A stretch of 64,000 bases of DNA from Bacteroidia bacterium (GTDB lineage: Bacteria; Bacteroidota; Bacteroidia; AKYH767-A; OLB10): positions 42 through 64,041 of the forward strand of contig JALRAP010000006.1 of NCBI GenBank assembly GCA_023262505.1, given 5' to 3'. This document shows positions 1 through 9,810 of this stretch, piece by piece (within the stretch, counting starts at the first letter, position 1; each line of letters opens with the position of its first letter). The notes below the pieces were generated by a model. That model did no database searches and had not been told where the DNA came from. It saw nothing but the letters and a program-made list of their open reading frames with translations. The position numbers and the translations under genes were made by a program.

Positions 1-1397
1 ATGTGACTTCTAGCCAATCCAACAACGCATCCGAAACAAAGTAGCAAGCGATTGCCAAGCCAATGTATGCGAGAATGCGTTTGGTCTCGTAAGGAACCGG
101 ATAGTTGCGTTGTCCGATCAAATAGGAAGCGACCATCATGCTGGCATAGCAACCCAGCGTGGCCCATGCAGCGCCCATGTAACCCATCGAAGGAACCAAC
201 AACACATTCAGCACAACGGTGATCACCGCTCCGAAAACGGTGAAGAACATGCCATAACGTGTTTTCCCCGTCATCTTATACCACATACTGAGATTGAAAA
301 AAATCCCCAGGCACATGTTAGCTAAAAGCAGAATCGGAACAACCCCCAATCCGACCTGGTAGGGCTCTCCGATAAAATTTTTGAATATGTCGATGTACAG
401 CATCACACCGAGGAAAACAATAGCGCAGGTAATACAGAAGTATTTGGTGACGCGCGCATAGGTATCCTTGGCGTCATCCTTACCGAACTGACTGAAGAAA
501 AATGGCTCAGCTGCGTAGCGAAACGCTTGGATGAATAATGTCATGAGAATCGAAAGCTTGTAACATGCTCCGTAAATACCCAATTGGACCATGGCATCTT
601 GCTGGTCGGTTACCAGATGACGGATGAGCGCGCGATCCAGCGTCTCGTTCACCATCCCGGCCAAACCGGCAAACAACAAAGGCAAAGCATAAACCATCTG
701 TTCGCGCCACAAAGGAACATCCCAATCCGAAAAACGGAAGCGGAGCGAAGGCAACATCACCAACAGGGTAGCGATACTTGCCAAAAGGTTTGCAATGAAT
801 ACATATCCGGCGCCCGTTTCGGGATTGTAAAACTGTTTGGCAAGTTCAAACAAGATGCCGGTCTCGCGGTTCATCCAAACGGGGAAAACCAGGAAGAAGA
901 GCACATTGAAGAGGATGTTTACTCCGATGCCAAACAATTTCAAAGCGGCGAATTTCCGTGCTTTTCCCTCTTGTCGCAGCTTGGCAAAAGGAATGGCTGT
1001 TAATGCATCGAAGCCGATGATCAAAGCCATGTACACAATGTATTCGGGATGGGCCTGGTAGTTCAGCGTTTCAGCAAGCGAATCGGAAAACATCACCAAC
1101 GAGCCGGAGAAAACCAACGTAGATACCAGCAGCGACATCATGCCCGTGCCGAAAACTTGCGCTGTTCGCTCGGGATATTTACGGGCGAAGTGAAAAAAGG
1201 ATGTTTCCATCCCATAGGTATAAACGATCACCAGGAAGGAGATATAGGCGTAAATCTCGGTAACAGCGCCATATTCTCCAGGGTTGGTGAACACGTGCGT
1301 GTGCAACGGCACCAACAAGTAGTTCAGAAAGCGGCCAAGGATGCTGCTCAATCCGTAAACGGCGGATTCGCCTGCGAGTTTCCTGAGTATGCCCAAG
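1..1397 (-). CDS. Polysaccharide biosynthesis protein / oligosaccharide flippase (Wzx-like, PST family); C-terminus runs off window start; probable TTG start at 1395-1397
   Basis: Reverse-strand translation reads ...GILRKLAGESAVYGLSSILGRFLNYLLVPLHTHVFT..., then about 12 hydrophobic helices, which matches a PST-family flippase N-terminus. No in-frame ATG lies upstream (TAA two codons before), so a TTG start is inferred. The plus-strand ORFs at 584-1402 are antisense frames of this gene. Confidence 0.6.
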
Positions 1398-1438
1398 CGT
1401 AAATGGGTTTAACGTTGTTTCAAGGCAACGCTTTGGTT

Positions 1439-2212
1439 TTATCTCCCTTTGAAGTCGGGCGCCCTTTTCTCCAAAAACGCGCCTGCGCCTTCTTTGAAAT
1501 CTGATGTAACGAAACACTTGCCGAACTCATCCACTTCGGTGGCAAATCCGTTTGGAGTAGCCGCATCGTTTACGCATCGTATAACGGATGCGATGGCCAA
1601 TGGGGCTTGCTTCATGATTTTGCCTGCCAGCTCTCGACATTTTTCCATCAATTGATCAGGCAACACCACATAGTTTACCAAACCAAGTGATAACGCATCA
1701 TTCGCGCCAATCATATCAGCAGTCATCAACAACTCTGTTGCTTTGGTCTTGCCAATCAGATGAACCAATCGCTGTGTGCCACCATAGCCCGGAATCAAAC
1801 CTAACTTCACTTCGGGCTGTCCGAATTTGGCATTATCCGAAGCCACTCTCAGATGGCAAGCCATGGCCAATTCGCATCCACCTCCAAGCGCGAAGCCATT
1901 GATGGCTGCGATGACGGGCTTGCTTAACTGTTCAATGGAATTGAAAACATCATGCCCTTTTTGTGCCAAGTCCTTCCCCTCGGCTTCTCCATAATGACTA
2001 AACTCAGAGATGTCGGCACCCGCAACAAATGCTTTTGTACCGGATCCCGTTAACACCACCACCTGAACCGATTGATCCGATTCAGCAGACTTCATGGCAG
2101 CGCCGATTTCCTGAATGGTTTGGCGGTTGAGGGCGTTAAGTTTGTCTGGACGGTTGATGGTGATGGTCATGATGCCGTCTTCCACTGCCGTCAACAGGTT
2201 TTGGTAGCTCAT
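1439..2212 (-). CDS. Enoyl-CoA hydratase/isomerase (crotonase family)
   Basis: 257 aa. Crotonase signatures VVVLTGSGTKAFVAGADISEF and FALGGGCELAMACHLRVAS; the length is typical. Confidence 0.9.
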   Translation of the reverse strand: MSYQNLLTAVEDGIMTITINRPDKLNALNRQTIQEIGAAMKSAESDQSVQVVVLTGSGTKAFVAGADISEFSHYGEAEGKDLAQKGHDVFNSIEQLSKPVIAAINGFALGGGCELAMACHLRVASDNAKFGQPEVKLGLIPGYGGTQRLVHLIGKTKATELLMTADMIGANDALSLGLVNYVVLPDQLMEKCRELAGKIMKQAPLAIASVIRCVNDAATPNGFATEVDEFGKCFVTSDFKEGAGAFLEKRAPDFKGR

Positions 2213-2213
2213 A

Positions 2214-2633
2214 TCAGTAATTTCGGTTTTGGGCGACCCAGTTGGTGATGTACTCCACGATTTCGCCTGTATTGGTACCGGGCGGAAACAATCTGCCTAC
2301 GCCCAATTCATTCAATTTTTTCATGTCCTCGTCGGGGATGATGCCACCACCCGTAAGCAGGATATCGTTGATACCCTTTTCATTCAGCAATGTCATGATC
2401 CTGGGGAACACCGTCATGTGCGCCCCGGACAAAATGCTGACACCGATTACATCGACATCTTCTTGCAAAGCAGCATTAACCACCATTTCAGGAGTTTGAC
2501 GAAGGCCTGTATATATCACTTCCATGCCTGCATCACGCAAAAACGATGCGATAACCTTGGCGCCGCGGTCGTGGCCATCAAGTCCTACCTTGGCAACCAA
2601 AACTCGTATGGGGCGGGAAAGAGGTGCGGACAT
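2214..2633 (-). CDS. Cobalamin (B12)-binding domain protein, methylmalonyl-CoA mutase C-terminal-domain-like (stand-alone)
   Basis: [33 protein letters not shown] carries the DxHxxG B12-binding motif. The internal Met (MSAPLSRP) is the more likely start, 1 bp downstream of the crotonase gene. Confidence 0.8.
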   Translation of the reverse strand: MSAPLSRPIRVLVAKVGLDGHDRGAKVIASFLRDAGMEVIYTGLRQTPEMVVNAALQEDVDVIGVSILSGAHMTVFPRIMTLLNEKGINDILLTGGGIIPDEDMKKLNELGVGRLFPPGTNTGEIVEYITNWVAQNRNY

Positions 2634-2712
2634 AAAATGGGCTGTTATGAGCTCAAAATTATGAAAAAGTCGCGCAGTTGGCACGAGGAAACCCACTCAA
2701 GCACATGTTTTC

Positions 2713-5700
2713 CTAAACCGGAGCTTTTTCCAGAGGGAGTCGGACAAAAAAGGATGTGCCTTTTCCAGCCTCAGACTCAAAATATATATTCCCTCCCGAT
2801 TGCGTTACAATCTGGTGGCAGATAGCCAATCCCAAACCAGTACCGCCCGACTTGGTGGTAAAATTCGGTGTGAATATGCGCGGCTTCTGCTCATCGGGTA
2901 TTCCATTGCCGTTGTCGCGCACCTCAACCAATCCCCATCCGCCGGAAGCGGTAACCACTGCTTCCACCAATCCGCCACCATCCTGTTTTACGGCCTGCAC
3001 CGCGTTTTTAATGAGGTTCACAAATACACGCGAAAGCTGTTCCTTATCGACGAGAATGGTTAATGGGTTTGTTGTTTGGTCGATCAACACAACGCGAATG
3101 TTATCATATTCCGAATACAGTTCGACCACCGACTTTAAAATTTCCTGTAAAGCAATACGGGATTTGTTGGCCTGTGGCATTTGCGCAAAACCAGAGAACT
3201 CTGTAGCTATGTTCGACAAGGCATCTATCTGCTCTATGAGCACCTTGGTCATACGCTCTGTTATCTGGTCCTTGTCGGGATGGTTATCGCGCCAAGCCCT
3301 CTGCAGGTGTTGCAAGCCAAGTTTCATCGGTGTAAGCGGATTCTTGATTTCATGAGCCACTTGACGAGCCATTTCGCGCCAAGCCGATTCGCGTTCAGAT
3401 CGGGCCAACTGTTCAGCCGCTGCCGAGAGCTCTGTTGCCATCCGGTTGTACTCTTTCACCAACTCCCCAATTTCATCATCACTATGCCATTCCAAAAGCT
3501 CATTGCGTTTACCAAACGTGACCGAAGCCAGCTTTTCGCGGATGGCTTGAAGTGGTTGCGTGATGCGCGTAGAAAGCCAGAATGTAACGAAAGAAGCAAG
3601 GGCGAACAACAAAACATACAGGTTCACCACAGCCACCAGGAATCCTGATACCCGTTGCTCCAACTCGGCTTGTTGCGAGAAATAGGAAATGTTCAAATAC
3701 CCCTTCACGGATGCCGTGCCCTCCAACAACGGAACATAGGATGAAAGGTATTCAAAGGTTCCAATCCGCTCACGCAATGAAACAAACGATGCGGATTGTG
3801 AACGCAACTTGAAGAGTGCATCCGGGTTGATGAGAGGCGCTACGATTTGCTGGTCGTACAATTTAGGTTGTGATGAATACAAGAGCCTGCCCCCGGTATC
3901 ATATAAATTGAAGTCGGCACCAAGCGCTTTGGCTAATCCCGCCAAGGAGGAATTCATCTCATCGCCACCGGATAAAGGCACCCCGCTATATCTTCCTCCA
4001 ATCTCATCCTGCAACGCTCCCAACAAAACACGAATCCTGCTTTCGGTTTCAGGACCGCCATCAGCGCGATAGGTGCTGAAGATGTACCAAACCGTTGCAC
4101 CTCCTGTGATCAACATGGTCAGCACCACGATCATTACAACCGAAAGGCGGATGCGCGCACCGATGTTAGGCCTCCAGCGCCATTTGTTAACAATCAAAAA
4201 TCGGATGGCATACGTCATCAGGAAAACGAATCCATAGATGCCGAACAAGTATGAAAAAACCGTGGAAAACTGATACACCCCTTTTGCGGGAATACTGACC
4301 AACAAAAATGCGTTTTCGGATGTACGGTGGTACAGGTGCGACCATCCATCCTGAACGAAAAAATCAGACATGCCTAATCCTACACGATCCTTGTTGCCTA
4401 TCCTTGGATAGGCGAAATCTCCTGACTTGTTGATCAAGGTGTCGTTGCGGTAATAGGCGAAGGAATAATCAGAAACGTTTTTCGATTGTGGAACGGAACC
4501 GCTCAGCAACAGTTCGGGAAAACCAGTGCGGCCTCCCAACGGTTTTGATGTGAACGAAAGCACCACAATACCCGAAACGGTGTCGGCATCATAAACGGCT
4601 GTTTTGCCCGTATAGCTCATGCGGCCTTCGCTTCCGCCGATGAAAAACAATCCGTAGTGGGAAGAATCGTTGCCCGCTTGCCTTAGTTGTTCATCATAAT
4701 AATTCAACGACCAGGTAGGGTCGCCACCGGTATTCACAGGCAGACCGTTGGCATTGAAACTGCGAACCGTGATGTCATAGCGCTCCCAATATCCTGATAA
4801 ATGGTTTCGCAATACGCGGCGCTCGATTGAATCGGCAATATCGAGGTTTGCCGTCATGCGTTCATAAGGACTCGAGAAAAGCTGCCTAAGTTGTTCATCT
4901 GACCGCATGCTTTTGGCAACATCCTCAAACAGATATTCTGCCACGCGATCACGTTCGTTTTCCAACCTGGTGGCTAAAACCCTACGACTTTCTCGCTCGC
5001 GTGTTTGAATATGTACAAACAACATGGCCGAAGATATCAGAGCCGTTCCTGCCAATAATGCGAGATACGAGGTAAATGCCGACCTTCCTGTCTTTAATCT
5101 GAAATACCCACCAATGAACCAACCCCACAACATAGTGATAATGGATAGTATTGAAATCCATTTTTCTGCATAACCAACTATAAAAGTCAACACCAACAAT
5201 GCAGCTGGACCAATTATTGAAGCAGCGGTTTTAGCTGTATTCGTCGCAAAGTTCTCTTTTGAAAAAGCCGCAATGGATTTCGACAAGCGAATGGAGGCTG
5301 AAACCAAGAGGCCGATAATTCCGAATCCCAAGAAACTATAGCCATTCAATGAAAAAACCTTGTCGAAATCAAATGGTATGCGAGAATCGAGAACCAAGCC
5401 AGCCACCAGCGAGTTGCACAAATAAGCGAATGAAATCGACAAAGCGGAAAGTGTTGCAACACCTTTTATGTCACAAAAAACATTTTTGGTTTTTCGCAGC
5501 AGATGGGGCGTGTTGCGTGAAAAGAAAAACAACATAGCAGATACCAAAATCAAATCTGCAGGTGAATTGAGCAGCCATGAGCTGGCGTATTGGTCGGGAC
5601 CGAAGAGTCCGAAACCCCATAAAGGCGATTGCTGTAACCAATCGGAAAACAATAACCGAAGCAGATACATAAAAGCGAGAGCGATGGGGGTGGCCATTCC

Positions 5701-6342
5701 ATGCACATACGTTTTCAAAACCGTATTCAAGGAGAGGAACAGCAGGGCTAATCCCAGTAAAAACAACCAAACAGAGTCAATTATTGGCTCATTGGAAGAT
5801 GTCTTTTCTTTGATGAAAAAACCTTGCTTGGCGTCGATTTCAATGGCATTGGGTTCATTGGGTTTTGCAATGGTCCATTGGTCATTTAATCCGATGGCTT
5901 CTGTGAACCCGTCTTTGAGGTATTGATTGTTGAATGGGTATTGAACGTACACCCTACCCAGAACCATACTTGTAATGCCACCCTCTTTAGAGACTTGCGA
6001 CAAGTACCATCCATTCCCGAACAATTTGATACCAGATGCTGTGTCGTTAACGTGCGGCGATACCGAGTTGTCGCTCCACCAAACCAACGAGTCATTTTCA
6101 AAAATGAACCCATAAGAATCTGAGCCGAGGTTAACTTTGGTTAGGCGGCCGTTCTTGTAAAGATTCAAATTGTCGGCGGCCGCCATTTCGGCTGCCCTAC
6201 AAAATGAATCAAAAGCGGATTTTGTATCACGTGCTTCTGCTATGGATTGCTGTTGGCCCGACTCACTCCTTTCGGACAGTAAAATGGATGCAGCCAACAA
6301 TAATACTGCAAAACCTAACAACCATATAGCTGACCGCTTCAT
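2713..6342 (-). CDS. Large hybrid-architecture sensor histidine kinase (1209 aa): signal/TM, periplasmic domain, 7TM block, second extracytoplasmic region, HAMP-like, HisKA, HATPase_c
   Basis: H-box AHEIKNPLTPMKLGLQHLQRAW. HATPase motifs NLIKNAVQA, VRDNGNGIP and GGTGLGLAI at the C-terminus. Multiple hydrophobic helices between aa 190-440 and 700-890. Confidence 0.85.
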   Translation of the reverse strand: MKRSAIWLLGFAVLLLAASILLSERSESGQQQSIAEARDTKSAFDSFCRAAEMAAADNLNLYKNGRLTKVNLGSDSYGFIFENDSLVWWSDNSVSPHVNDTASGIKLFGNGWYLSQVSKEGGITSMVLGRVYVQYPFNNQYLKDGFTEAIGLNDQWTIAKPNEPNAIEIDAKQGFFIKEKTSSNEPIIDSVWLFLLGLALLFLSLNTVLKTYVHGMATPIALAFMYLLRLLFSDWLQQSPLWGFGLFGPDQYASSWLLNSPADLILVSAMLFFFSRNTPHLLRKTKNVFCDIKGVATLSALSISFAYLCNSLVAGLVLDSRIPFDFDKVFSLNGYSFLGFGIIGLLVSASIRLSKSIAAFSKENFATNTAKTAASIIGPAALLVLTFIVGYAEKWISILSIITMLWGWFIGGYFRLKTGRSAFTSYLALLAGTALISSAMLFVHIQTRERESRRVLATRLENERDRVAEYLFEDVAKSMRSDEQLRQLFSSPYERMTANLDIADSIERRVLRNHLSGYWERYDITVRSFNANGLPVNTGGDPTWSLNYYDEQLRQAGNDSSHYGLFFIGGSEGRMSYTGKTAVYDADTVSGIVVLSFTSKPLGGRTGFPELLLSGSVPQSKNVSDYSFAYYRNDTLINKSGDFAYPRIGNKDRVGLGMSDFFVQDGWSHLYHRTSENAFLLVSIPAKGVYQFSTVFSYLFGIYGFVFLMTYAIRFLIVNKWRWRPNIGARIRLSVVMIVVLTMLITGGATVWYIFSTYRADGGPETESRIRVLLGALQDEIGGRYSGVPLSGGDEMNSSLAGLAKALGADFNLYDTGGRLLYSSQPKLYDQQIVAPLINPDALFKLRSQSASFVSLRERIGTFEYLSSYVPLLEGTASVKGYLNISYFSQQAELEQRVSGFLVAVVNLYVLLFALASFVTFWLSTRITQPLQAIREKLASVTFGKRNELLEWHSDDEIGELVKEYNRMATELSAAAEQLARSERESAWREMARQVAHEIKNPLTPMKLGLQHLQRAWRDNHPDKDQITERMTKVLIEQIDALSNIATEFSGFAQMPQANKSRIALQEILKSVVELYSEYDNIRVVLIDQTTNPLTILVDKEQLSRVFVNLIKNAVQAVKQDGGGLVEAVVTASGGWGLVEVRDNGNGIPDEQKPRIFTPNFTTKSGGTGLGLAICHQIVTQSGGNIYFESEAGKGTSFFVRLPLEKAPV

Positions 6343-6512
6343 GTGGTAAAATTAAGCAGCCTTGGGGAATAGAATGGAAAAAATCCTGATAAAGCCATAA
6401 CTCCACTCCATCATAAATTGATTTGTGCTGAAGTTGAAGAGGCAGGGGCAAAAGTCTTGCATCACAATTGTAAAAACCATCAAGAGTATGAATGCCGTAA
6501 TTGCCGGAGTAA

Positions 6513-6935
6513 TCATTTCATCTGTTTGATCTCAAAGCAAACCCTATTTATGGTTTTCTCCATACGCTTTGCGCTCAATTGACATTCCCAAACATGCACC
6601 ACACGCCACCCCAGCTTACGTAACGCCCTATTATTGCGAGTGTCCCGCTTTCGGTTCGTTTCAATCTTATTTCTCCAAAAAGCAACACGTGTTTTGGGGA
6701 GCCTGAAAACCTTGCAGTTTTGATGGCCATGCCAAAAGCACCCATCCACTATCAACACACATCCATACTTCGGGAAAACCAAATCCGGCTTGCCGGGCAA
6801 ATCCTTTGCATGGAGACGATACCTGAAACCACGGGAAAAGAGCTCGCGACGAACCAGCATTTCGGGACCGGTGTGCTTGCCTCGAATGCGGCTCATGATT
6901 TCGCTGCGTTTGGATTTGGAAAATATATCGGCCAT
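6513..6935 (-). CDS. vsr: Very short patch repair endonuclease (Vsr)
   Basis: 140 aa. RSEIMSRIRGKHTGPEMLVRRELFSRGFRYRLH...PDLVFPKYGCVLIVDGCFWHGH...FWRNKIETNRKRD...GWRVVHVWECQL matches the Vsr family end to end. Confidence 0.85.
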   Translation of the reverse strand: MADIFSKSKRSEIMSRIRGKHTGPEMLVRRELFSRGFRYRLHAKDLPGKPDLVFPKYGCVLIVDGCFWHGHQNCKVFRLPKTRVAFWRNKIETNRKRDTRNNRALRKLGWRVVHVWECQLSAKRMEKTINRVCFEIKQMK

Positions 6936-7035
6936 AGACTGAAAATTACAACTTTCTATTGGGTTTTGCCCACAAAATACCCTTTAAGGATCCTGTTCAA
7001 GCATGTAAAATCCATTTTTTTATTAATTTTCCTCA

Positions 7036-9657
7036 ATGAAACAAATCCTAACCTTCCTTTCCATCCTGATGCTTTCAGGAAGTCAATTTGCTTTTGCACA
7101 ATGCAACACCACCAATGCCACCAGTTGTGCCTGTGCAACTCCAGGTGCCACAAATTGTGATTTGCTACCGGATATCATTACCGCTCGTCCCCCACTGTTG
7201 GTGCAAGGCAACAACGGCGTAATCGAATACGCCCAAGTTGGAAACGGAGCTAACAACGGAAGGCTGCGCGTTTCTGTATCATCCCCCAACATCGGACACG
7301 GTCCGCTTGAAATTCGAGCTACCAACACATTCATCTGCGGAACTGATACGTTTGTTGGTACCGCACCTACCACTTGCCCAAACACCGGCTTACCACCTCG
7401 CACTTTGGTGGTGCAACGTGTGTACCAAAAAAGCGGTAACACCATGAACTATTACGACCGTCATGCGGGATCCATGACCTACCATCCTACACACGGCCAC
7501 ATGCACGTCGACGAGTGGGGTTCATACTCGCTACGCACCATGAGCAACGATCCCGATCCGATGAATTGGCCCATCATCGGCCAAGGTGCTAAACTGGCGT
7601 TTTGCCTTATGGACTACGGCTCCTGCTCCACCTACAGCGGCCATTGTGTGGACTCGCTTGGAAACACATTGGTTAACGCCAACTTCCCCAACTACGGCTT
7701 GGGTGGTGGAAGTTATGGCTGCTCACTCACCATGCAAGGCATCTCATCCGGATTCACCGATATCTATTACCAATACCTAGATGGCATGTACCTCGACATA
7801 CCTCCTGGAACTTGTAACGGCCAATATTACATCGTAGTGAAATTGGACCCGAATGAATTCTTCCTCGAGGAGAATGAAAACAACAACGTGTTGGTGGTAC
7901 CCTATACGCTCACCAAGCAAGCCGGCACGGTGCCAACCATTATTCCATCCGGAAACACGGCACTTTGTCCAGGCGAGTCCGTTACACTCACCTCCAGTGC
8001 AGCTCCCAATTACCTTTGGAGCAATGGCGCCACTACACAATCCATCACAGTTCCTTATTCGGCCTTGGGTAGCTATACCGTTTCAACGGATGTGAACACC
8101 ACATGCCCTGGAACATCGGCCCCGATGAATGTTACCGCCAATGTGATTCCCGTACAAATCACATCGTCATCCAATGGCATATGCGCAGGAGGCTCAGTCA
8201 CCTTGACCTCTCAAATCGGTGCTGTACAAACTGGCTACACGCAAGTATCTTTCACAAATACGAACGACTACAGCATTCCAGACAACAACGCAACAGGTAT
8301 CCAATCGCCAATCACTGTAAGCAACATCAACCCAGCAACCCTTACTCCTGGCACGGTGGTATCCGTGTCACTAGACATCACCCACACCTACACAGGTGAT
8401 TTGATGGTGGAATTGGTTGCGCCCTCCGGCAACAAAATCAAATTGAGCAACCGTAGAGGTGGTGGTGGTGACAATTTCACAGGAACCACGTTCAATAATT
8501 TGTCTGCAACACCCATCGCCAATGGTGTGGCGCCTTTCACCGGCACATTCATACCAGACGAAGACTTCAATCTGTTAACGGGAAACATCAATGGCGTTTG
8601 GAACTTGAAGGTTACCGACCTGGCTGGAGTTGACACAGGCTCCATCAACAATTGGACATTAAACATCAACAACCTCATTCCGGCACAACTAAACTATTCT
8701 TGGAGTTCATCGCCTACAGGGTTGTCCTCCACAGACTCCATCATCACCGTATCACCTGCAGCAAACACCACCTATACATTAACCGTTAGCAACCCGCTAA
8801 ATGGTTGTAGCAATTCCGCAATTGCATCCATCGCTGTGCACCAGAATCCAGTAGCCGCATTTAATCCGATGCCTATGGCATGTACCAATGTGGCCAACAT
8901 TCCGCTTACTGCGGGATGGCCCAATGGTGGCACTTACTCTGGTCCCGGCGTAATGAATAACCTGTTTTATCCTGTCTTGGCTGGAGTGGGTTCTCACACC
9001 CTGACCTACAACTATACAGATGCTAATGGGTGCAGTGATGTGGCCACACAGACCGTGCAAGTACAACAAACACCTGCTAGCCCTACAACGTTGTACGGAA
9101 AGACTATGGTTTGTCGCAACTCCATCCAAAACTATTCCGTACCGTTGGATCCAAATGCAACTTCATACGCCTGGGTGGTGCCTTCGGGTGTTCAAATCAT
9201 TAGCGGACAAGGAACCAATTCCATACAGGTTTCTTTCGGAAACAACTACCAGACATCGAGCCTTTGTGTCTATGCAATGAATAGCTGCGGTTCTTCCGCT
9301 TCTTACTGCGTATCCCTGCAAAGGCAAAGCAATAGGTATTGCGCTGTAAAAATCCCAACAAGCAATCCGCTCCGCGATGAGACATCCCCAGCAATGTCGG
9401 CACAATTGAACATCAGCCCTAATCCAGCCACCGACTTTTCGGAAATTGAACTCATCGGATTCCCGGAAGGCAATTACCGATTGTTCGTTACTGATGTTTT
9501 GGGTAAGGAAGTTATCACAGCACCCATTTCCTTGGATGGCGATATAACCAAACTGCCTCTGGATATCTCTATGCTTAATAGTGGTGTTTATTTAGTACAC
9601 CTTACGGGGATGGATTTGCATCAGCAGATCAAGCTTGTAAAGAACTGCGTTCGGTAG
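7036..9657 (+). CDS. Secreted multidomain protein: lysyl-oxidase-like catalytic domain, SprB-type Ig repeats, proprotein-convertase P-domain, T9SS type-A C-terminal sorting domain
   Basis: Signal peptide MKQILTFLSILMLSGSQFAFAQ. The HPTHGHMH copper-site-like HxxHxHxH motif, LAFCLMDYGSC and GMYLDIPPGTCNGQYYIVVKLDPNEFFLEENENNN parallel the lysyl-oxidase fold. LWSNGATTQSITV...G.YTV is an SprB repeat. DITHTYTGDLMVELVAPSGNKIKL is a P-domain. The tail ISPNPATDFSEIEL...GVYLVHL is a Por secretion tail. Confidence 0.75.
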   Translation: MKQILTFLSILMLSGSQFAFAQCNTTNATSCACATPGATNCDLLPDIITARPPLLVQGNNGVIEYAQVGNGANNGRLRVSVSSPNIGHGPLEIRATNTFICGTDTFVGTAPTTCPNTGLPPRTLVVQRVYQKSGNTMNYYDRHAGSMTYHPTHGHMHVDEWGSYSLRTMSNDPDPMNWPIIGQGAKLAFCLMDYGSCSTYSGHCVDSLGNTLVNANFPNYGLGGGSYGCSLTMQGISSGFTDIYYQYLDGMYLDIPPGTCNGQYYIVVKLDPNEFFLEENENNNVLVVPYTLTKQAGTVPTIIPSGNTALCPGESVTLTSSAAPNYLWSNGATTQSITVPYSALGSYTVSTDVNTTCPGTSAPMNVTANVIPVQITSSSNGICAGGSVTLTSQIGAVQTGYTQVSFTNTNDYSIPDNNATGIQSPITVSNINPATLTPGTVVSVSLDITHTYTGDLMVELVAPSGNKIKLSNRRGGGGDNFTGTTFNNLSATPIANGVAPFTGTFIPDEDFNLLTGNINGVWNLKVTDLAGVDTGSINNWTLNINNLIPAQLNYSWSSSPTGLSSTDSIITVSPAANTTYTLTVSNPLNGCSNSAIASIAVHQNPVAAFNPMPMACTNVANIPLTAGWPNGGTYSGPGVMNNLFYPVLAGVGSHTLTYNYTDANGCSDVATQTVQVQQTPASPTTLYGKTMVCRNSIQNYSVPLDPNATSYAWVVPSGVQIISGQGTNSIQVSFGNNYQTSSLCVYAMNSCGSSASYCVSLQRQSNRYCAVKIPTSNPLRDETSPAMSAQLNISPNPATDFSEIELIGFPEGNYRLFVTDVLGKEVITAPISLDGDITKLPLDISMLNSGVYLVHLTGMDLHQQIKLVKNCVR

Positions 9658-9810
9658 CAGTAGCAGTGGTCCGATAGCTATCGGATGGCGCCAGGAGGCG
9701 GATAGCGGCGGCTATCCTTGTCACCCTTCGACCCTTCGAAAGGCTCAGGGTAAACTGGCTCAGGGCGGTGCTTGTCACTTGTCACTAAAGTACCGCCTAT
9801 CTATTCCCAT
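9656..9810. repeat. Cluster of tandemly duplicated 6-9-mers and two GATAGC-arm palindromes in the LOX-M43 spacer
   Basis: gtagca x2 (9656-9667). Palindrome ccgatagctatcgg (9671-9684). Hairpin ggatagc-ggcg-gctatcc (9700-9717). cccttcga x2 (9724-9739). ggctcaggg x2 (9742-9765). ttgtcac x2 (9772-9785). atctatt x2 (9796-9813). Confidence 0.6.

Noticed and set aside
584-1402. Three + strand ORFs (139, 74 and 117 aa) rich in His/Gln/Arg
   Set aside because: They are off-frame antisense translations of the minus-strand Wzx-like flippase gene. Their composition is atypical and they overlap a far better coding frame.
2229-2825. 198-aa + strand ORF
   Set aside because: Antisense to the B12-binding-domain gene and the HK 3' end. 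Low-complexity, no start context.
5468-5926. 152-aa + ORF and the 99-aa - ORF at 5471-5770
   Set aside because: Embedded in or antisense to the large HK gene, which has a clearly superior coding frame.
9656-9810. Possible CRISPR array because of many short repeats
   Set aside because: Repeats are 6-9 bp, each only duplicated once and abutting. There is no regular repeat-spacer periodicity and no cas genes.
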